Source: Alphaproteobacteria bacterium (GTDB lineage Bacteria; Pseudomonadota; Alphaproteobacteria; GCA-2746255). Taken from it: a stretch of DNA of 64,000 nt. A model generated the notes under the pieces. It searched no databases. It worked only from the letters and a program-made list of their open reading frames with translations, and had not been told where the DNA came from. The DNA lies in assembly GCA_965249135.1 (NCBI GenBank), contig OZ252220.1, forward strand, positions 1,504,001-1,568,000, read 5' to 3'. This document shows, one piece after another, positions 59,702-64,000 of the stretch. Numbering within the stretch: the first letter of the stretch is position 1; every line of letters begins with the position of its first letter. The translations under genes and the position numbers were made by a program.

Positions 59702-61024
59702 ATGAACGCCGGGCGTGCCTTCTTCTCTCCCCGCGAGATCGTCTCCGAGCTTGACCGTTACATTGTCGGGCAGAACGATGCGAAGCGCGCCGTCGCGATT
59801 GCGCTTCGCAACCGCTGGCGCCGCCAGCAATTGCCAGAGGCGTTGCGTGAAGAGGTGTTGCCGAAAAATATTCTGATGATTGGCCCGACCGGCTGCGGCA
59901 AGACGGAAATCGCACGGCGCCTTGCGCGCCTTGCCCAGGCCCCCTTCCTGAAAGTGGAAGCGACGAAATTCACGGAAATTGGGTATGTCGGGCGCGACGT
60001 CGAGCAGATCATTCGCGACCTTCTCGAGACCGCCATCCTGATGACGCGCGAGAGGATGCGCCGCGACGTGGAGGCGAAGGCGGAAGAGCATGCGGAAGAA
60101 CGCCTGCTTAGCTCGCTCGTCGGCGAGGACGCCTCCGTCGAGACCCGCGAAAAGTTCCGGCGCATGCTGCGCTCCGGCGAGCTCGACAACCGCGAGATCG
60201 AAATCGAACTCATGGATCACGGTAGCGCCTCGATGCCGACCATCGAGGTCCCCGGCATGCCGGGCGCTCAGATGGGAATGCTGAATTTAGGCGATATCTT
60301 CGGCAAGGCCTTCGCCGGCGCACGCAAACCCAAGCGCGTGACGATCCCCCAGGCGACGGAAGCCCTTCTCGCCGAGGAAAGCGACAAGCTTCTGGATCAG
60401 GATCGCGTGCTTCGGGACGCGATTTCGGAGACGGAACAGAACGGCATCGTCTTCCTGGATGAAATCGACAAGATCACGGCACGGTCCGACATTCGCGGCG
60501 CGGAAGTAAGCCGCGAGGGCGTGCAGCGCGATCTGTTGCCGTTAATCGAGGGCACGACGGTCGCCACGAAGCACGGGGTCGTGAAGACGGACCATATTCT
60601 TTTCGTAGCGTCGGGCGCGTTTCACTTGGCGAAGCCGGCCGATCTTCTGCCGGAATTGCAGGGAAGGCTTCCCATCCGGGTCGAGTTGAAGGCGCTCACG
60701 AAAGAGGATTTCGTGCGCATCCTCACCGAGCCGGAGGCAAGCCTGGTTACGCAATACCGCGCCCTGCTCGCGACGGAGGAAGTGACGCTCGACTTCACGG
60801 AGGATGCAGTCGCCGAGATCGCCGAGATCGCATCGGAGGTAAACCGGAACGTCGAGAACATCGGCGCACGGCGGCTGCATACGATCATGGAACGGCTGCT
60901 GGAAGAAATCAGCTTCACGGCCACCGACCGGGCAAACGAGGAGATCCGGATCGATGCGGACTATGTCCGCGAGCAGGTAGCCGACCTTGCGAAGGACGCC
61001 GATCTTTCGAAGTTCATTCTTTAA
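59702..61024 (+). CDS. hslU: ATP-dependent protease ATPase HslU
   Basis: [31 protein letters not shown]. Confidence 0.96.
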   Translation: MNAGRAFFSPREIVSELDRYIVGQNDAKRAVAIALRNRWRRQQLPEALREEVLPKNILMIGPTGCGKTEIARRLARLAQAPFLKVEATKFTEIGYVGRDVEQIIRDLLETAILMTRERMRRDVEAKAEEHAEERLLSSLVGEDASVETREKFRRMLRSGELDNREIEIELMDHGSASMPTIEVPGMPGAQMGMLNLGDIFGKAFAGARKPKRVTIPQATEALLAEESDKLLDQDRVLRDAISETEQNGIVFLDEIDKITARSDIRGAEVSREGVQRDLLPLIEGTTVATKHGVVKTDHILFVASGAFHLAKPADLLPELQGRLPIRVELKALTKEDFVRILTEPEASLVTQYRALLATEEVTLDFTEDAVAEIAEIASEVNRNVENIGARRLHTIMERLLEEISFTATDRANEEIRIDADYVREQVADLAKDADLSKFIL

Positions 61025-61033
61025 GCGCCGGCC

Positions 61034-61393
61034 TTACTTTTCCTCATCCCGAAGGATGTGAAGCAGACGATCGATCACGGCCTCGGGCAGGTGGCGGATG
61101 CGGCGCGCCAGCCGGTTGGCAAGCTCGGTCGCCTTCGGGTTGAGGCCTGAGGTGTCGACCCTCACCCGGGGGTCCGAAAGGCGGATGAGGGTCTCGAGTT
61201 CCTCCTGTTCTTCCCAACCAAGATCGAAATAGGTGACGATCTGGAGGACCAGCATCCGTCTCGGCCGGCCGCGTTTGCCGTGCTCAAGCGCGGAAAGATA
61301 GGCCGCCGAGATCTGAAGGTCCTCGGCCAAGCGCTTCAGCGTCAACTCGCGCGCGCCGCGAAGCTTGCGCATCTTTGCGCCGAAGGGGGTCAT
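61034..61393 (-). CDS. XRE-family HTH protein
   Basis: MTPFG, ISAAYLSALEHGKRG. Confidence 0.85.
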   Translation of the reverse strand: MTPFGAKMRKLRGARELTLKRLAEDLQISAAYLSALEHGKRGRPRRMLVLQIVTYFDLGWEEQEELETLIRLSDPRVRVDTSGLNPKATELANRLARRIRHLPEAVIDRLLHILRDEEK

Positions 61394-61953
61394 CGACCCG
61401 GCCGCTCCCTTCGAAGACGGACATAAAGCGCACCGCCACCGCCGTCGCGCGCGCGTGCTTCCGAATGGTCGAGCACGATGCCTGCGAGCGGCGTTTCACC
61501 CAACCATCTGGGCACGTTCCTGCGAAGGACGCCGCCGCCTTCCTTGTCTTCCCCCTTGCCGGTGATGACGAGGACCGTTCGTTTGCCCTGCCGGTAGGCG
61601 CGCGGAAGGGTGGCGTTAAGCGTTCGGTGGGCCTGGTCTTGAGTCATGCCGTGAAGGTCGAGCGTCGCATCGATGACGAGTTGGCCGCGTTTCAGTTTTT
61701 GAGCCGAGCGCCGGTCGTGGCCGGTTCCCTTCGCCGCTTCCCTGGCGGGGACGTCCTTAACGCCCGTGCGCGGCGGCGTTTGTTTCTTCGGGGCCGCCTT
61801 CTTCTTCGCGGAGGCGGGCTTCTTCTTTGCGGACTTCTTCACGGATGGCGGTTTTGCGACGCGCTTCTTCGCGCCAAGGGGACGCGTGCCGACCTTCACG
61901 GAACGCCAAAGTTCGTCTTCCGCCGCACCTTCCTTCTTCGAAGAGCCCGTCAT
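61390..61953 (-). CDS. Smr-domain protein
   Basis: LDLHGMT, VITGKG, GGGGALYV. Confidence 0.9.
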   Translation of the reverse strand: MTGSSKKEGAAEDELWRSVKVGTRPLGAKKRVAKPPSVKKSAKKKPASAKKKAAPKKQTPPRTGVKDVPAREAAKGTGHDRRSAQKLKRGQLVIDATLDLHGMTQDQAHRTLNATLPRAYRQGKRTVLVITGKGEDKEGGGVLRRNVPRWLGETPLAGIVLDHSEARARDGGGGALYVRLRRERPGR

Positions 61954-61954
61954 C

Positions 61955-62638
61955 CTATTCGCTCTCGCTTACATAGATCCGAAGCTCCCTCGGGCCATGG
62001 GCGCCAAGCTGCATTTGCTGTTCGATGTCGGCAGTCCGCGAGGGGCCGGTCACGAACATGGCGGCAGACGGAAGGTTTGGTGTTTCCTCTCTTAAATGCG
62101 TGAAGGCCTCCTCCATCGTGCCGAAGAGGCGGGATAAGGGAAGGAGCACGACATGAAGATCGACAAGCAGGTGGATCGACATCGGGCTTTCGGGGGTTGC
62201 TGCGAGAAGGAGGCTTCCGGTTTCCGCGACGCCTGCCGAAGCGATGGCAAGGCTTACCCGATCCATCCCGCCGGCACGCCCCTTGCGAAGCGTAATCCCG
62301 GCCGCCTCCCAGGGAAGGGCGGCAAGCAAAGGATCGGCGGCGGCAAGCAAACTTTGATCGAGACCCCGCTCGCGAAGCAAAGGAGAAAGCCGTTCCGGCA
62401 AAAGACCCGCAGAAGCGATGCGTTCGGTTTCCGCCTTCGCCTCCGTCGCCATGCGAATGAAAAGCGAAACCCTTTCTTCGCCCGCGCACCTCGCCCTAGC
62501 AGGCAGCGGGTGGACGGGGGGATCCGAAAGACGCGCGTTCACCTCGGCCCGCATGGCTTTGATGCTTTCCTTTGAGGCGGCGCTTCGCTCGAGGCGGTCT
62601 CTAAGGCTGTCCAGGATGGTGGTCCTTGCGTCCGTCAT
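61955..62638 (-). CDS. lutC: Lactate utilisation protein LutC (LUD domain)
   Basis: GVAETGS, FVTGPSRTADIE, GAHGP; start ATG 62638. Confidence 0.85.
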   Translation of the reverse strand: MTDARTTILDSLRDRLERSAASKESIKAMRAEVNARLSDPPVHPLPARARCAGEERVSLFIRMATEAKAETERIASAGLLPERLSPLLRERGLDQSLLAAADPLLAALPWEAAGITLRKGRAGGMDRVSLAIASAGVAETGSLLLAATPESPMSIHLLVDLHVVLLPLSRLFGTMEEAFTHLREETPNLPSAAMFVTGPSRTADIEQQMQLGAHGPRELRIYVSESE

Positions 62639-64000
62639 TCTTTCTTTCCTTCGCGTTCCCGCCAGGCCGCCTGAAAGGTCGTCCCTTCCGGTGCCGGGAA
62701 GCGCCTCCCCCAGCCGCCGGCCTTGGGCCACACACCGATCCAGCCCCGCCTTCGGCCGATCCGCAAAAGGCGGACGAGAAGGGAGCTCAAACGATGGTAA
62801 AGGGCGGGGCGCTTGGCTACGAATGCCCAAAGCACAAGGGAAAGGCGCGCCGGAGAAGGTGTTTTTCGCGCGCCAAACTGGCGCTCGCGAAGACGGCGCA
62901 GCAGGCTCACCAGCGGGATCCGCATCGGGCAGACCTCCTCGCAACGTCCGCAAAAGGTGGACGCGTTGGGAAGGGGCGCCGCCTGGTCCAAGCCTTCGAG
63001 CAGTGGTGTCAGCACGGCCCCCATCGGGCCCGTATAGACCGAACCGTAGGCGTGGCCCCCCGTCACCCCGTAGACGGGGCAGTGATTGAGACAGGCGCCG
63101 CAACGAATGCAGCGGAGCATTTCTTCGAATTCGCTCTTCAAAAGGGTGCTGCGCCCGTTGTCGAGCAGCAGCACGTGGAAGGCCTCCGGCCCGTCCACCT
63201 CTCCTGGCTTTCTCGGGCCCGAAACGAAACTCGTATAGGCCGCCGCCTCCTGTCCGGTCGCAGCCCGGCTTAAGAGTCGCAAGATAACGCACGCATCGCG
63301 AAGGGTGGGAACCACCTTCTCGATGCTGGCGATAACGATATGAACACGGGGAAGGGCGCGCGAGAGATCGATGTTCCCTTCGTTCGAAAGCAGAACGACG
63401 CTTCCCGTCTCGGCAATCAGCAAATTCGCGCCGGTGATGCCGACGTCCGCCGAAAGAAAACGCTCTCGCATGATTTGTCTTGCTTCGTCGACGAGCTCGC
63501 GCGGCGACAGCAGCGAACGGTCGGACGGAAAATCCTCATGGCTTTGCCGGAACGTATCGGCGATTTGACTGCGCTTTAAATGAATGGCGGGTGCGATGAT
63601 GTGACTCGGCGGTTCATGGCGAAGCTGAATGATGTATTCGCCAAGGTCCGTCTCAATGGGCTCGATGCCGTGCTTGCTGAGAAAATCATTGATCGCGATC
63701 TCCTCAGCGATCATGGACTTTCCCTTGACCACCGTCTTCGCGTGCGCCTCCTTGCAGATCGAAAGGATTGTCTCGCGTGCCTCATCGCTCGTCCGGCACC
63801 AATGGACGTTTCCTCCCTTTGCCTCGACTTCGTGCTCGAAACGCTCGAGATAGAAATCGAGAAGGCGCAGCGTGTGATCCTTAATAGTGACGGCGTAGCC
63901 TTGCAAATCCTCGAATTCGGGCAGGCGCGCGACCGCGCGGGCGCGCTTTTCCTGAAAGCCGCGTTTCAGATTGCCAAGCGCTTCCTGAAGCTCGGCATCT
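62635..64000 (-). CDS. lutB: Lactate utilisation Fe-S protein LutB/LldF (N-terminus outside window)
   Basis: ETDLGEYIIQL, PSHIIAPA, NEGN, CIRCGACLNHCP, FCGRCEEVCP. Confidence 0.9.
   Translation of the reverse strand, partial: DAELQEALGNLKRGFQEKRARAVARLPEFEDLQGYAVTIKDHTLRLLDFYLERFEHEVEAKGGNVHWCRTSDEARETILSICKEAHAKTVVKGKSMIAEEIAINDFLSKHGIEPIETDLGEYIIQLRHEPPSHIIAPAIHLKRSQIADTFRQSHEDFPSDRSLLSPRELVDEARQIMRERFLSADVGITGANLLIAETGSVVLLSNEGNIDLSRALPRVHIVIASIEKVVPTLRDACVILRLLSRAATGQEAAAYTSFVSGPRKPGEVDGPEAFHVLLLDNGRSTLLKSEFEEMLRCIRCGACLNHCPVYGVTGGHAYGSVYTGPMGAVLTPLLEGLDQAAPLPNASTFCGRCEEVCPMRIPLVSLLRRLRERQFGARKTPSPARLSLVLWAFVAKRPALYHRLSSLLVRLLRIGRRRGWIGVWPKAGGWGRRFPAPEGTTFQAAWREREGKKE

Overview
GC-rich alphaproteobacterial (Rhodospirillales-like) chromosomal segment, mostly conserved housekeeping genes: miaB (5' part), olsA/olsB-like, fur, mucR, tsaB, peptidoglycan-remodelling genes, nifU, usp, trpS, murJ, glnD, mutS, maeB, phoR-pstSCAB-phoU-phoB, ald, ampG, nth, dapB, dnaJ-dnaK-grpE-hrcA, rph-rdgB-hemW, rsmI, gshB, comM, his genes, hslVU and lutBC. 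Two cargo-carrying insertion elements with definable ends interrupt this backbone. (1) An IS1595-family element (7352-11017; perfect 27-bp terminal inverted repeats; 8-bp target duplication with one mismatch) carries an overlapping transposase - C5 methyltransferase (NgoMIV/NaeI-like) - HNH nuclease - Vsr operon plus a Zn-ribbon ORF. (2) An IS1-family element (25544-28357; exact 8-bp target duplication) sits in the last codons of phoR. It has back-to-back sigma70 promoters: one faces an uncharacterised protein plus a GIY-YIG-like nuclease, the other faces a ~220-nt unit made of a 27-codon AUG-AGG-AGG mini-ORF, a hairpin and a degenerate tRNA-Val(TAC)-like cloverleaf ending in a T7 tract. This second cassette is the best candidate for an undescribed system. 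mutS is interrupted by a single in-frame TAG at a conserved Gln just after Walker A. No rRNA or CRISPR array was seen. All calls come from motif recognition by eye, not database searches.
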